A stretch of 64,000 nt of DNA from a virus (IMGVR_UViG_3300021400_000141:64001-128000); one strand, 5' to 3'; shown: positions 18,624 to 27,814, counted from the stretch's first letter. The notes: generated by a model not told the origin, from the sequence alone. Numbers and translations are program-made.

Positions 18624-19120
18624 TCCATTTCGACGCAGCTGAAATTCATGTTTTCGCCGCTCGCCATCTCGTACTTCTGCATTCTTTCAAGAATGTACTC
18701 TACCTTTGTATCAGAGGCAAAGCTTGCTACCAGCCACCAAACTGACTCGATAAAGTCTTCATCGGAAGAATACTGTTTGACAATGTCCTTCACCTTGTCT
18801 TCAAGACCATTGACTCGTTTTTTCATGTTTGAGATAAACAAATCCCAAAGTTCCTTACTCAACTTCTCAACAGTCTTCCTGTCAAGCTCAATATATTTGA
18901 GTTGACCATCTTTGCCATGGACAAACAGGCATCGTTCAATTTCATAACGAAGCCTCCACTCGTCTATCGGTGTCGTAATAGTCTTTGCACCCTGGCTCAA
19001 CTGGATATCAAGCAGAAGTTCGTTATTCTTCAGCTTTTCCATTTCGTAGTCTGAAAGCACAGTAACTACATGGCAGGAACTGGAATTGGTTTCAAAAACA
19101 GAGTTGCGAATCGTTTTCAT
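18617..19120 (-). CDS. Phage hypothetical protein with N-terminal IRxxxFETNSSS motif
   Basis: MKTIRNSVFETNSSSCH, a recurrent motif in large-phage hypothetical proteins. Confidence 0.7.
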   Translation of the reverse strand: MKTIRNSVFETNSSSCHVVTVLSDYEMEKLKNNELLLDIQLSQGAKTITTPIDEWRLRYEIERCLFVHGKDGQLKYIELDRKTVEKLSKELWDLFISNMKKRVNGLEDKVKDIVKQYSSDEDFIESVWWLVASFASDTKVEYILERMQKYEMASGENMNFSCVEMEC

Positions 19121-19135
19121 CTTGTTTCCTTTAAA

Positions 19136-19873
19136 TCATGCGTCCGTAAGGATTGGCTCACCAGTCTTTTCGGAGTAGTCCTTGGCATTGTTCCATTTGT
19201 CGAAATACTCACGAGCACTCATCCCAGGCCAGAACTCCCTGACTTCGGCACGTTCATTGTCACGCAGGTTATCGAAATGACGTTCAATTTCTGGCATGAT
19301 AGCGTCATACAGGTCAGGGCGAAGACGTTTCAGGCCGTACATCATACCGATAACGTCGTAAAACGAGAGCTTGGTTCCATCTTCATAATCCGCATAGAAT
19401 ACGGAGTCCTTGAACAGGTGGTTATTGTCCTTTATCCACTTGTATTCAAGCGTCTTGATACCCTTGACATCAACCCACATATCCCATCTCGGGTTACGCA
19501 GCTTGATGAAATCGGAAGGCGGACTGTCCTGCGTGTACTCGTCGGAGACAAGGTACTCGTCGCTCTCCTCGTCGTAGTAGTAAAGATGCTGCTCGTAGTC
19601 GGGGTCGTCGGAAACCATGTGGCATCCCTTCTTTCCCTTCCAGGTAATGCCGAAGATATCTGTGAACGTGCATGAATGCATTCCGAACTGGTCAGCGTCC
19701 TTCTCGATTGAGTCGAAGAACGGCAGCTTGTCCATGTTTTTGTACTTGACGGACTTTCGGGCACGGTAACGCATGTACAATTCGTTGTCCTTGCTCGGGT
19801 TCTCGATGCTCCATTCCCACTTGTTCGCATCATAGTAGGGATAGGCGCTCATGTACTCGTGGATATCGCTCAT
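19136..19873 (-). CDS. Hypothetical protein
   Basis: 245-aa aromatic/acidic ORF. Confidence 0.7.
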   Translation of the reverse strand: MSDIHEYMSAYPYYDANKWEWSIENPSKDNELYMRYRARKSVKYKNMDKLPFFDSIEKDADQFGMHSCTFTDIFGITWKGKKGCHMVSDDPDYEQHLYYYDEESDEYLVSDEYTQDSPPSDFIKLRNPRWDMWVDVKGIKTLEYKWIKDNNHLFKDSVFYADYEDGTKLSFYDVIGMMYGLKRLRPDLYDAIMPEIERHFDNLRDNERAEVREFWPGMSAREYFDKWNNAKDYSEKTGEPILTDA

Positions 19874-19888
19874 GGTTTCCCCCGATGG

Positions 19889-20173
19889 TTAAGCCTGAAT
19901 TCCGTAATACCTGAAAGTGTCTGGGAACAACTTGGCATCGAGAACATCCATGTACGGGCTCATTTCGGGAATGATGGTCATGGACTTGCGGTCAAAGAAG
20001 AAGCGAGTATCACGGTGCCACTTGTCTGGGTTGTTTTCAACCCTGCGACCAAAGAGGGTATAACGGATGTTGTCACGTTCGAGACGGTATGCCTGATAGT
20101 CAACGAGCTTTTGCGGCTGCGGCTTCAACATTCCACCGAAAACTTTGTCAAGATTAGGTTCGATACCGAACAT
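19889..20173 (-). CDS. Hypothetical protein
   Basis: AAGGAG RBS; follows a promoter. Confidence 0.65.
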   Translation of the reverse strand: MFGIEPNLDKVFGGMLKPQPQKLVDYQAYRLERDNIRYTLFGRRVENNPDKWHRDTRFFFDRKSMTIIPEMSPYMDVLDAKLFPDTFRYYGIQA

Positions 20174-20205
20174 AGGTTTCTCCTTGTAATGAAACTTTTT
20201 TGATA

Positions 20206-20234
20206 AATATACCCATTTTGAGGAGATTTGGCAA
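20206..20234 (-). promoter_or_regulatory. Sigma70-like early promoter
   Basis: TTGCCA-17 bp-TATATT. Confidence 0.7.
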
Positions 20235-20258
20235 GTGGTATCGAGAATATTTTCGATG

Positions 20259-20305
20259 AAAAAATGTGAAACATTTCATGGAATGTTTCAAAAAAATGTT
20301 TCACA
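20259..20305 (-). terminator. Terminator-like inverted repeat with an alternative pairing arm
   Basis: TGTGAAACATTT (20265-20276) complements AAATGTTTCACA (20294-20305) and AATGTTTCA (20282-20290); T-tract on the minus strand. Confidence 0.5.
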
Positions 20306-20316
20306 CAATATGCAGG

Positions 20317-21138
20317 TTACACGTCTAGGCTGCTTCTGCGGTTGGACTGGAACTGTTCCTTAACAGCCTTTCCGTAAGCATCTTCCAGAATCTTGTGGCA
20401 AATCATCTTGATTTCTTCAACGTCGTCAGTGTCGCTTGAAGCAATGTAGTCGCCGTCATACATGGTTCCGAGCTTCATGTAGAGTCTCGGGCCTCCATAT
20501 ACGCAGTAGTCAACACGGGACGAGTCTGGGTCCTTGACGACGATAAGGTGGATTCTCCATCCACCAATGACCATCTTGGCCATACCACCCATGTATTCAG
20601 GCATAGAGCTGGAAGCGATGTGTCCGCAAAGCCATCCAAGGTGGTCTTTCATGAACTTCTTGGTCTTCGGGTAATCGTCGAACATGTGCTTTTCGGGGTC
20701 GTCAATCTCTGGCCCGACGAGGTAGTTCATCTGGTAATCGCCGCTGAACGGAAGCCTGTAACGGCTCTTGCGGGTGAACTCGTGACGAATACGCTTAGAG
20801 AACTGATACAGAGGGTCATCAGCGTACTGTTCGTCGTCCTTTTCTTCCTGTGATTTAATCGGGATGTATCCGCCGATTGGCTTGTCGTGGGTAGGGCCGT
20901 CAATTTCCTTGACTTCAACCTTATTGTCATCCCGTCTCAACGGGGATTCCCACGCCTGCTTCAACGTGTCTATATCGCAAGCCATAGGGTCCTTGTAGAA
21001 CCCGTTCTCGTCAATGCACGGGTTCATTTTATCCTCGTCCTCGAAACACGTGTCGTGGAGCTTGGATACCATGTCCCGCATCGCCCATGGCAGGCCCGCC
21101 TTTGCGAGCTGTTCTTCAAAAAGTGCCTTCCTGTTCAT
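20317..21138 (-). CDS. Late-expressed hypothetical protein with shared N-terminal leader
   Basis: MNRKALFEEQLAKAGLPWAMRDMVSKLHDTCFE; TATAAACT 6 nt upstream of ATG. Confidence 0.75.
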   Translation of the reverse strand: MNRKALFEEQLAKAGLPWAMRDMVSKLHDTCFEDEDKMNPCIDENGFYKDPMACDIDTLKQAWESPLRRDDNKVEVKEIDGPTHDKPIGGYIPIKSQEEKDDEQYADDPLYQFSKRIRHEFTRKSRYRLPFSGDYQMNYLVGPEIDDPEKHMFDDYPKTKKFMKDHLGWLCGHIASSSMPEYMGGMAKMVIGGWRIHLIVVKDPDSSRVDYCVYGGPRLYMKLGTMYDGDYIASSDTDDVEEIKMICHKILEDAYGKAVKEQFQSNRRSSLDV

Positions 21139-21144
21139 ACGAAC

Positions 21145-21152
21145 AGTTTATA
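21145..21152 (-). promoter_or_regulatory. Late-type promoter TATAAACT (likely leaderless transcript)
   Basis: TATAAACT-gttcgt-ATG, no RBS. Confidence 0.6.
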
Positions 21153-21153
21153 A

Positions 21154-21360
21154 TCATGCGGCAACTGAGATACAAATCGAGACACAACAGGATATGACCG
21201 AAATGCCCAAAAATGCCGTGCTAACAGCATTCAAAACCTTCGCCGCTTTAACGTGCGTCAGGTAGAAGGCTTCTGCGAGGTGGTGAAACAGCACGCAGAC
21301 AAACATAGATATGACACACGTCCACAACGAGGTTATGAAAACATTACCCAAATCCATCAT
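21154..21360 (-). CDS. Small two-TM membrane protein
   Basis: 68 aa with two hydrophobic helices. Confidence 0.6.
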   Translation of the reverse strand: MMDLGNVFITSLWTCVISMFVCVLFHHLAEAFYLTHVKAAKVLNAVSTAFLGISVISCCVSICISVAA

Positions 21361-21809
21361 CTACTCCATTCGACCTCTGCATCAGGATGCTTTATGCAAA
21401 GGATGAGAATTTCTTCTACAAACGGGATTAGACCGAATCTCCTTCCGTATCTGTCGGTCTCCTCCAGACTTCCCCACTTGTACCATTTTTCAGGTGGAAG
21501 AGTCTTCATCACCATCTTACCGTTTACCATTTCAGGCTCCCGCTTGATGGTCGTCTCGTAGCGTTTCAACCTCTTTGCGTTATCGGACATGATACGCAAC
21601 CCGTGCATGAGGTCATCGATGAGTTCACCCGCTTTCCTCTTCTTATCGGCATGGTTCCATAGAACATCGTACAGGGTGATTGTACCTTCTCCCTGGATAT
21701 CGTGTAGAATCACATGCTGTGCAATCTTCCCCGCATTGTGCGTGATGTTGCGGCTGTCTGACTTACGCCCACGGCCCTTTCCCCAGTGTAGTATGATATC
21801 CAGCGACAT
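21357..21809 (-). CDS. Hypothetical phage protein
   Basis: MSLDI...NITHN...HPDA conserved-looking motifs. Confidence 0.65.
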   Translation of the reverse strand: MSLDIILHWGKGRGRKSDSRNITHNAGKIAQHVILHDIQGEGTITLYDVLWNHADKKRKAGELIDDLMHGLRIMSDNAKRLKRYETTIKREPEMVNGKMVMKTLPPEKWYKWGSLEETDRYGRRFGLIPFVEEILILCIKHPDAEVEWSR

Positions 21810-22222
21810 TAGTCATCCTCGTCCTTACCAATATGTTCAAGCCAGTCCTCGAAGTCGGAACAGGACCATCCCTCGATGGAACCGTCGGAACGCACGTTCA
21901 TGTCGATGTAGTCGCCATATCCCTCGTCCGCAGGGCACATGCAGTCTGGCACGTACTCGTTCTCAACCTTGGCGACAACATTGCCGTCAACCAAGACTTC
22001 TGCCGAGAAGCAGTCAACCACCTTGTAATGCAGGCGAGCCTCGACACCAATTTGCCAGTTGGTGATGACACCAGTGTCGGGATTGATTTCTGGACACCAG
22101 CAGGAACCTTTCAGGCAAGGCATCTTCCTATCTTTGTCCTCTTCGAACACTCCAGTTTCTGGATTGAGGATGTCTGCATCCTCGGTGTAACGTGCATCGG
22201 CACAAACTTTCAAAATTCTCAT
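21809..22222 (-). CDS. Hypothetical phage protein
   Basis: YVPDCMCP...GYGDYI motif; AGGAG RBS. Confidence 0.65.
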   Translation of the reverse strand: MRILKVCADARYTEDADILNPETGVFEEDKDRKMPCLKGSCWCPEINPDTGVITNWQIGVEARLHYKVVDCFSAEVLVDGNVVAKVENEYVPDCMCPADEGYGDYIDMNVRSDGSIEGWSCSDFEDWLEHIGKDEDD

Positions 22223-22253
22223 GGTGGGAACTCCTATAAAACTACTCCATGGA

Positions 22254-22282
22254 AATATACATAAATGTAAGCTGGGTGGCAA
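22254..22282 (-). promoter_or_regulatory. Sigma70-like early promoter
   Basis: TTGCCA-17 bp-TATATT. Confidence 0.7.
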
Positions 22283-22323
22283 CCCATGTCAAAAATATAT
22301 TTTAATCTTGTTGAGGATACGAT

Positions 22324-22482
22324 ATGAACATTGAGTTGAACCCAGTTGACACCCACCTGATGCTAACTAACAGTGACCCTAATGCGTTCACTCGCCTTCT
22401 TCTCGATACCGAGTGCAAAATGTGGGAGTCGTGCCTGCCCCATAAAGAAAAAAACCGCATCGAAGTGATGCGGATTTGTTAA
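22324..22482 (+). CDS. Small plus-strand ORF (52 aa)
   Basis: GAGGA RBS, MNIELNPVDTHL...VMRIC*; below ORF-track cutoff. Confidence 0.4.
   Translation: MNIELNPVDTHLMLTNSDPNAFTRLLLDTECKMWESCLPHKEKNRIEVMRIC
22448..22473 (-). terminator. Intrinsic terminator
   Basis: CCGCATC-gaagt-GATGCGG with T-tract on the minus strand. Confidence 0.7.
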
Positions 22483-22490
22483 ATGTTTTA

Positions 22491-22700
22491 TTACACCTTC
22501 TTTGCGTTAAGGAAAGCGGCTTTGAGCACATCAACGAGTTCCTTCTCGTATTTTCCAGACAGCCCTAGCGACAACCCTTCCTCGCTGTGAGACTTGCAGA
22601 TTTCATTGATATCTCCGCAGATACGCATGAACGAGTCTTGGAACTTGTCGAAATCGAAGTGTTCCTCGAATTCCTTTGGAAGTTCTATCCATAACTGCAT
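22491..22700 (-). CDS. Hypothetical protein
   Basis: 69 aa; GGAGG RBS. Confidence 0.6.
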   Translation of the reverse strand: MQLWIELPKEFEEHFDFDKFQDSFMRICGDINEICKSHSEEGLSLGLSGKYEKELVDVLKAAFLNAKKV

Positions 22701-23333
22701 TTAGCCCTCCGCTGTTTCTGCAAGTTCCTTACGGACACGCATGAGAATCTTTCCGAGGTGGTTTTCGCCAACCCCGTTGCAGACACCCCAGAACTTGTCT
22801 CCCCAGTAGTTTCCCTCGATTAGTTCAAGGTTTCCCGTATTGAGGAGCTTTACCCGCAGTTCGGGATTGCGGCTGAACTTGTCCTTCACGATTTGATACA
22901 TTACGTCAACTTTGACTTCGTTCCAGTCGGGTCTCAACGTGAGTTTCTGACCAGCGTATTTAGCCTTGGAGCCGTTCATCGTAGTGAACGCGATACGGAG
23001 CGATACATCGGTCGTTTTAGCGGCCTGGTATGCAGCCTCTGAGCAGGAATAGGTCATTCCGTCGTACACGACCGTACAGGGTTCGAAATTGCTAAGGAAC
23101 CGATACTTTGCGAAGAACGAGTCGATTACACCATCATGCGGCCCGACGGTGTATACCCTTTCGGTGCTCTTGTAGAGGTGCATGATTCGGTCGAACATGT
23201 TTTCAGCAAATTCGTCGGGATTCTCGACACCAGCCTTGACAACAACCTGTTTGAACTCCTCGAACAGCTTCACTGCACGGAGCTCAAGTTGCGGGTCGCC
23301 AAACGATTTGATATTGTTAAGCCAATCACTCAT
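22701..23333 (-). CDS. NADAR family protein (YbiA/DUF1768) with N-terminal extension
   Basis: FLSNF, SEAAYQAAK, RPDWNEVK, KFSRNPEL, LIEGNYWGDKFWG and GENHLGKILMRVR motifs. Confidence 0.92.
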   Translation of the reverse strand: MSDWLNNIKSFGDPQLELRAVKLFEEFKQVVVKAGVENPDEFAENMFDRIMHLYKSTERVYTVGPHDGVIDSFFAKYRFLSNFEPCTVVYDGMTYSCSEAAYQAAKTTDVSLRIAFTTMNGSKAKYAGQKLTLRPDWNEVKVDVMYQIVKDKFSRNPELRVKLLNTGNLELIEGNYWGDKFWGVCNGVGENHLGKILMRVRKELAETAEG

Positions 23334-23336
23334 TGT

Positions 23337-23603
23337 CTACCTTCCGAACGGATTGTTCACTTTCTTGGCTATTTCAAGAACTTCTTTAAGGTCTTTCTTG
23401 GTTTTCTGTGGAAGCGCCTTTTCTGCAGCAGCCTTCTTTGCATCCCTTGCCTTCATTTCGAGGATGATTTTGTCACCCATCTCCCTGGAAACAATGTGTT
23501 TTTCACCAGAAGCCATGTGGAGTTCGTAATTCAATTCGTCTATGGGAAACACGGATTCGACAAATTCCGTGTTCAGATAGAAACCTCTAATCTTTCTTAG
23601 CAT
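23337..23603 (-). CDS. Hypothetical protein
   Basis: 88-aa ORF in the run. Confidence 0.55.
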   Translation of the reverse strand: MLRKIRGFYLNTEFVESVFPIDELNYELHMASGEKHIVSREMGDKIILEMKARDAKKAAAEKALPQKTKKDLKEVLEIAKKVNNPFGR

Positions 23604-23847
23604 CTTTCGTTCCTTGGATAGATTTCATATAACATTCGGTGAAGTCTTTCAGCAGCACCTTGAAGGTATTCAGGTCTACTTGGTTATACATCCAACAGTG
23701 TCTCAGGTTCGTGTCTGCGACGCTCGCCGTGACATCGAACCCGAGCACTGTGTAAGTGCCGAATTCCATGTCACCGAACATTACCTTTCCATCTCTAAGG
23801 GTGCATCCAGCCTTTTCACAGGCCTTTATGAACTCGTTTCTGGTCAT
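23587..23847 (-). CDS. Hypothetical protein
   Basis: 86-aa ORF in the run. Confidence 0.55.
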   Translation of the reverse strand: MTRNEFIKACEKAGCTLRDGKVMFGDMEFGTYTVLGFDVTASVADTNLRHCWMYNQVDLNTFKVLLKDFTECYMKSIQGTKDAKKD

Positions 23848-23851
23848 CGGA

Positions 23852-24328
23852 TTAACCCTTGATGATTGGGCTTTCTGCCTGAGGAGCTGCCTGCTGTGCC
23901 TGTGCCTTCATTGCCTGGAACGGGTCCTGCAAGTCGGTCTTTTCGATATCAGTGAGGAGGCCACCGACGTTACGGGCACGGCAGATAGTCTTTCCGTCCT
24001 GGTCACGGATGTAGCGGATGCCAGCATCCCATTCCTGACGCTTGAAGCTGTAAGTGCTTTCGTTGAGCATCATGATGAACGGGTCGTTGAGGTCAACGTG
24101 CTTGTCCTTCTTCAAGACTTCCATAGCCTCTTCGTGCTTCTTCATAATCATTTCCATCTGCTTCTTGGCCATGTCGGCCTGCTGCTGCATGAAATTGATT
24201 ACCTTGTCGATGAGCACCTTGGCTTCGTCCTTCTTGTCCGCATCAATAAGGTTTTTTGCCTGAGTGAGGTCACCTGCGATTGCGGTGGGAATTGCGATTG
24301 CCTGTTCGAGTTGACTGATATTGTTCAT
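23852..24328 (-). CDS. Hypothetical protein (coiled coil)
   Basis: 158 aa; GGAG RBS; strong codon bias. Confidence 0.7.
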   Translation of the reverse strand: MNNISQLEQAIAIPTAIAGDLTQAKNLIDADKKDEAKVLIDKVINFMQQQADMAKKQMEMIMKKHEEAMEVLKKDKHVDLNDPFIMMLNESTYSFKRQEWDAGIRYIRDQDGKTICRARNVGGLLTDIEKTDLQDPFQAMKAQAQQAAPQAESPIIKG

Positions 24329-24349
24329 GGTTTCTCCATTGTGTTGATG

Positions 24350-24547
24350 TTAAAGTTTGATTGAACCTTGTGGTTCACGAACGGTGTTCAGAATTTTGCC
24401 CATCGCTTCGATATACTCAGCCTCAGTGATTTCCTTTCGGTTGAACTGTTCCTTCAACTTGAGTAAATCCTTGTATTCCGAGGTCTGCTTCATTTCCTTT
24501 CGGACTCTGGCGATATTCGCCCTTTCCTTCTTGTTGAAAATCGACAT
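24350..24547 (-). CDS. Small basic protein
   Basis: 65 aa; AGGAG RBS. Confidence 0.55.
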   Translation of the reverse strand: MSIFNKKERANIARVRKEMKQTSEYKDLLKLKEQFNRKEITEAEYIEAMGKILNTVREPQGSIKL

Positions 24548-24556
24548 GGCTCGCTC

Positions 24557-25051
24557 CTAGAATAGGATAAGACCGTCAGGTGTCGCCTTGGGAGGGTCCA
24601 TCGGGATGATTTCCGTAATTGATTCTGGATTCCACGGGAACAGGTAGATGTGCTTGTACTTGCTCTGTGCGTACTCTATCGTGTCGTACGTTCCGCCGAC
24701 AGGGTTTCCATCCCAGACTGCAAGCACGATGTCGCAGTTGTCCACCATCCACTTGTCACGGGTGATGTAGCAGCTGGGCTGGTACTTCTGGAATGCGATA
24801 TAGTTCACTTCCGCATAGTCGTGATACTTCTGCTCCACAGGATGAAGCTTGCGCTTATAAGGCCAAGCACAAATAAGAGGAATGTTCTTTTCATAAGCGA
24901 CCTCGGCAAAAATCTGGTCTGCTCCCCGAGCCATGCCCGAGATGCAATCACTGGGCTTCAGTTCCTCAACCTGCTTCGTCAGCCAGTCCTTGATTTCCTG
25001 TTCCCTTCCCGTTATTCTCTCCGGCCTGTGGCCCGTTACCATTATCTTCAT
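24557..25051 (-). CDS. SLOG superfamily protein (YspA/DUF1273-like)
   Basis: VTGHRP, SGMARGADQ and RDKWMVDNCDIVLAVWDG..GGT motifs. Confidence 0.85.
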   Translation of the reverse strand: MKIMVTGHRPERITGREQEIKDWLTKQVEELKPSDCISGMARGADQIFAEVAYEKNIPLICAWPYKRKLHPVEQKYHDYAEVNYIAFQKYQPSCYITRDKWMVDNCDIVLAVWDGNPVGGTYDTIEYAQSKYKHIYLFPWNPESITEIIPMDPPKATPDGLILF

Positions 25052-25403
25052 CGGTAGGTTTCCTCGTGTTTCTCGGCACAACGGCAAGCCCCCGTGCCTT
25101 GGTATCGTCGTAAATTCTGTTTGCACTCCTGATTGCACTGATGACATTGTTGTAGTACGCAGGGGTGCGAGTTATCTGCTGCGTAACACCCGTCTTACGG
25201 TTACTTGCGAAAAGACTGACGTACTTGCGGTCATCAGCTTCTTCGGAATACGTAATGAGCATGAATACGTCCTCAGTCACGTTGAGGACGGCACAGTACA
25301 ATCCCATAGCATCATCGGATGATTTCTCGACTTCAAGACGGTACTTTTCACATACCGACTTGAATGTGTCGAGCGATATTTCTCCTACGTAGATGCCACT
25401 CAT
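24966..25403 (-). CDS. Hypothetical protein
   Basis: 145-aa ORF coupled to nadE; tail overlaps the SLOG gene. Confidence 0.55.
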   Translation of the reverse strand: MSGIYVGEISLDTFKSVCEKYRLEVEKSSDDAMGLYCAVLNVTEDVFMLITYSEEADDRKYVSLFASNRKTGVTQQITRTPAYYNNVISAIRSANRIYDDTKARGLAVVPRNTRKPTDEDNGNGPQAGENNGKGTGNQGLADEAG

Positions 25404-26233
25404 ACTCTACCTGTAACAGTTACATAAGGCATTTCAAATATGTTCGGCAACTCAGGCTTGTAATGGTCAATGTTGACAATCTTGTTCTTGTATTTGCCGA
25501 TTCTGTAACCGTGAATGAGACGCTGAATATCGCACTTGCTGAACGAGTTCGGACAGCCACGGATGAACTTGTCGAACTCTTCGTAAGTGAAATTCTTGAC
25601 TCCAGACAGTTCGGAAATACGGGCTTCATCAGACTTTCCGCACATGCCGTCATTCGGAGTCTTCCAAACCAAGTCGTGAGGGAGTCCAAGGTATTCACCA
25701 ATCATGCGGACTTCGGTCTTGGTGAATCCCTGCAAGCATGCGTAAGAACCTGCGTTGTCGCCGAACAGCGTGGAGAAGTTACCCCAAGCACAGTCTTCGG
25801 AAAGGTTGCATGTGTTTATGACGGCAGCGCCGACAAGTGCAGACAGACCGAAAAGCATGGACATACGGAGACGGGCAGGGCTATTGCTCTTGTATGCGTC
25901 ATTTAGGTCGAACCCCGCTTTTGTAAACTGGGTGTTCATAGCGCTGAACATTTCGCCGATGTTCAACGTAAGTTCATTACAGTCGCAAATTTCGATGACT
26001 TTGTTAGCATCGCAAATGTCGGCCTGCGTGCCATTCGGCATACGGACACCGAATACGTTGCTTGGCCCAAGTACATCACAAGCCAGTTTGCAGCAAACTG
26101 TAGAGTCAGCACCACCAGAAACTCCGACAATAGCCTTCTTGAAGCCCTTGGAGCTGAACCATTCGAACATGTGCGCTTTCAACTTGTCGCATTCATCTTC
26201 GACTTTGAATAACGGGGTGTAATTAGCATTCAT
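25400..26233 (-). CDS. nadE: NH3-dependent NAD+ synthetase
   Basis: GVSGGADST (SGGxDS) PP-loop, PARLRM, TLFGD, KTEV; no glutaminase domain. Confidence 0.92.
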   Translation of the reverse strand: MNANYTPLFKVEDECDKLKAHMFEWFSSKGFKKAIVGVSGGADSTVCCKLACDVLGPSNVFGVRMPNGTQADICDANKVIEICDCNELTLNIGEMFSAMNTQFTKAGFDLNDAYKSNSPARLRMSMLFGLSALVGAAVINTCNLSEDCAWGNFSTLFGDNAGSYACLQGFTKTEVRMIGEYLGLPHDLVWKTPNDGMCGKSDEARISELSGVKNFTYEEFDKFIRGCPNSFSKCDIQRLIHGYRIGKYKNKIVNIDHYKPELPNIFEMPYVTVTGRV

Positions 26234-26254
26234 ACGGATAATCCTTTTTGATAG

Positions 26255-26824
26255 TTAAGTATCGAAAATTTCAACCTTCGGCTGTTCAAACGGAGGTTTT
26301 TCAAAAAGCTTGAGTTCAATCATATTATTGTATAATTTGTCTTTGAAGACGCTGTTGATAATCGCCGTGACGATTTCAAACTTTCCGCCACCCTTTACGC
26401 AACCAATCTTTGCGGGCATCCAGATTTTGATAGGACGGCAACGCTTTTCATACAAGCGTTCAACGATAACGTCTCTAACATGAAGCAATCCGTCATGCAG
26501 AGCGTCATAACTGGTAAACCTGCCATCAGGATATAGCGAAGTGTTTTCAGAACAACTGTTCTGTGCAAACACATCGACAAACTTGACGACATTATCCCCA
26601 ATTCGGACATTGGTTTCAAACACCTGTCCAAGCAGGTTGTTTTCACCGTTAAAACGCCTTTGTGCAAGGAATTCAAGGTATTCCACATACACCTTAGGGA
26701 ACTTTTCCTTGATTGCCTTGGCAACGCCGCCACCCATCCTGCCTTCGCAGTTGGTCTGGTGGATGATGATATCGGGGATATCGATGCTGAAATCGAGCAT
26801 GTCTGCTGTGACGTATTTAATCAT
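26255..26824 (-). CDS. Macrodomain protein (ADP-ribose binding/hydrolase)
   Basis: IIHQTNCEGRMGGGVAKAIKEKFP and MPAKIGCVKGGG motifs. Confidence 0.88.
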   Translation of the reverse strand: MIKYVTADMLDFSIDIPDIIIHQTNCEGRMGGGVAKAIKEKFPKVYVEYLEFLAQRRFNGENNLLGQVFETNVRIGDNVVKFVDVFAQNSCSENTSLYPDGRFTSYDALHDGLLHVRDVIVERLYEKRCRPIKIWMPAKIGCVKGGGKFEIVTAIINSVFKDKLYNNMIELKLFEKPPFEQPKVEIFDT

Positions 26825-26844
26825 AATTTGGCCCTTTCTTCTGA

Positions 26845-26873
26845 AATATAGTAAACTTAAACCCTCATGGCAA
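26845..26873 (-). promoter_or_regulatory. Sigma70-like early promoter for macro-nadE
   Basis: TTGCCA-17 bp-TATATT. Confidence 0.7.
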
Positions 26874-27195
26874 GGTCTATGAGCTTTTTTCCGATATTTT
26901 CACTGTTCGGCGTAATGGGGACAAACCCAACTCCGTTATAGACAGAATAGGTCTTCCCGACCATGGACTTGTCGATTACGGTATATCTGTTCCAGTTTTC
27001 CGCCTGCTTGTTGGTTTCGGCGTAGTAGTTATCATTGTTGTCGAACGGTTCTGCGACAACTTCGAGCATACCAACATCGCAACCGTCGTCAACATCTACT
27101 ATTTTGAGACGCTTGTCTGAACCAGCAATACGTACGCACACAAGGTCATCCTTGATATGCTGTTTTAATAATTCTGTCAACTGAGCGTTAATCAT
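26857..27195 (-). CDS. Hypothetical protein
   Basis: 112 aa; GGAGG RBS. Confidence 0.6.
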   Translation of the reverse strand: MINAQLTELLKQHIKDDLVCVRIAGSDKRLKIVDVDDGCDVGMLEVVAEPFDNNDNYYAETNKQAENWNRYTVIDKSMVGKTYSVYNGVGFVPITPNSENIGKKLIDLAMRV

Positions 27196-27242
27196 AAGGA
27201 TATGTCCTCCAAAATTGTTGGTGTGCTTATTTTTCGTTCGCC

Positions 27243-27533
27243 CTAATCACGGTATGCCAAGAACGATGGGCGATACTTGTCATTGATGTATGAGCCAAGT
27301 TGTTCAAGCTGAGTTTTAGACAGCTTTTCAAACGTCGGTGTCATACGGAGAAAGTGAGTCGCATTTGAGAAGTAACACACAGGGATTGCACCTTCGGGAA
27401 CAGGTTCATGATAAAAAATTTCTCCTGTTTGGTAGTTTTTGCTGCAACTGACGGAAATCACTTCTTTTTCGTAGAGTTTGCACAGACGTTCTACTTCTTC
27501 TTTTCCCAGTTTCATAAGTTCTTTATATGCCAT
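27243..27533 (-). CDS. Hypothetical protein
   Basis: 96 aa; AGGAGG RBS. Confidence 0.65.
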   Translation of the reverse strand: MAYKELMKLGKEEVERLCKLYEKEVISVSCSKNYQTGEIFYHEPVPEGAIPVCYFSNATHFLRMTPTFEKLSKTQLEQLGSYINDKYRPSFLAYRD

Positions 27534-27544
27534 GTTTTAACCTC

Positions 27545-27721
27545 CTAGCAATAAAAGATTACCATTTTCTTCTCGTCATAAAGCCACTTCATAAAATCGT
27601 CTGGACTCATCGAATCGTACACCTTCTTGTACTTTCGCACGATGGTTGATGGCGGAAAAGTTCTGCCATCTGCATCCATGAACTTGAAATGGCAAAGCAT
27701 CGAAGGAAAGTATTTACTCAT
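27545..27721 (-). CDS. Small hypothetical protein (58 aa)
   Basis: AGGAG RBS, MSKYFPSMLCHF...VIFYC*; below ORF-track cutoff. Confidence 0.6.
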   Translation of the reverse strand: MSKYFPSMLCHFKFMDADGRTFPPSTIVRKYKKVYDSMSPDDFMKWLYDEKKMVIFYC

Positions 27722-27735
27722 GTTAGACTCCTATG

Positions 27736-27765
27736 AAAAAAGTGACGGAAAACTATCCGTCACTT
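27736..27765 (-). terminator. Intrinsic terminator after pncB, overlapped by a promoter start
   Basis: AAGTGACGGA-loop-TCCGTCACTT with T-tract on the minus strand. Confidence 0.8.
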
Positions 27766-27794
27766 AATATAGATAATTAAACCAGCTCTGTCAA
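27766..27794 (-). promoter_or_regulatory. Sigma70-like early promoter
   Basis: TTGACA-17 bp-TATATT. Confidence 0.8.
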
Positions 27795-27814
27795 GGGGTT
27801 TTTAATTATTTTTA

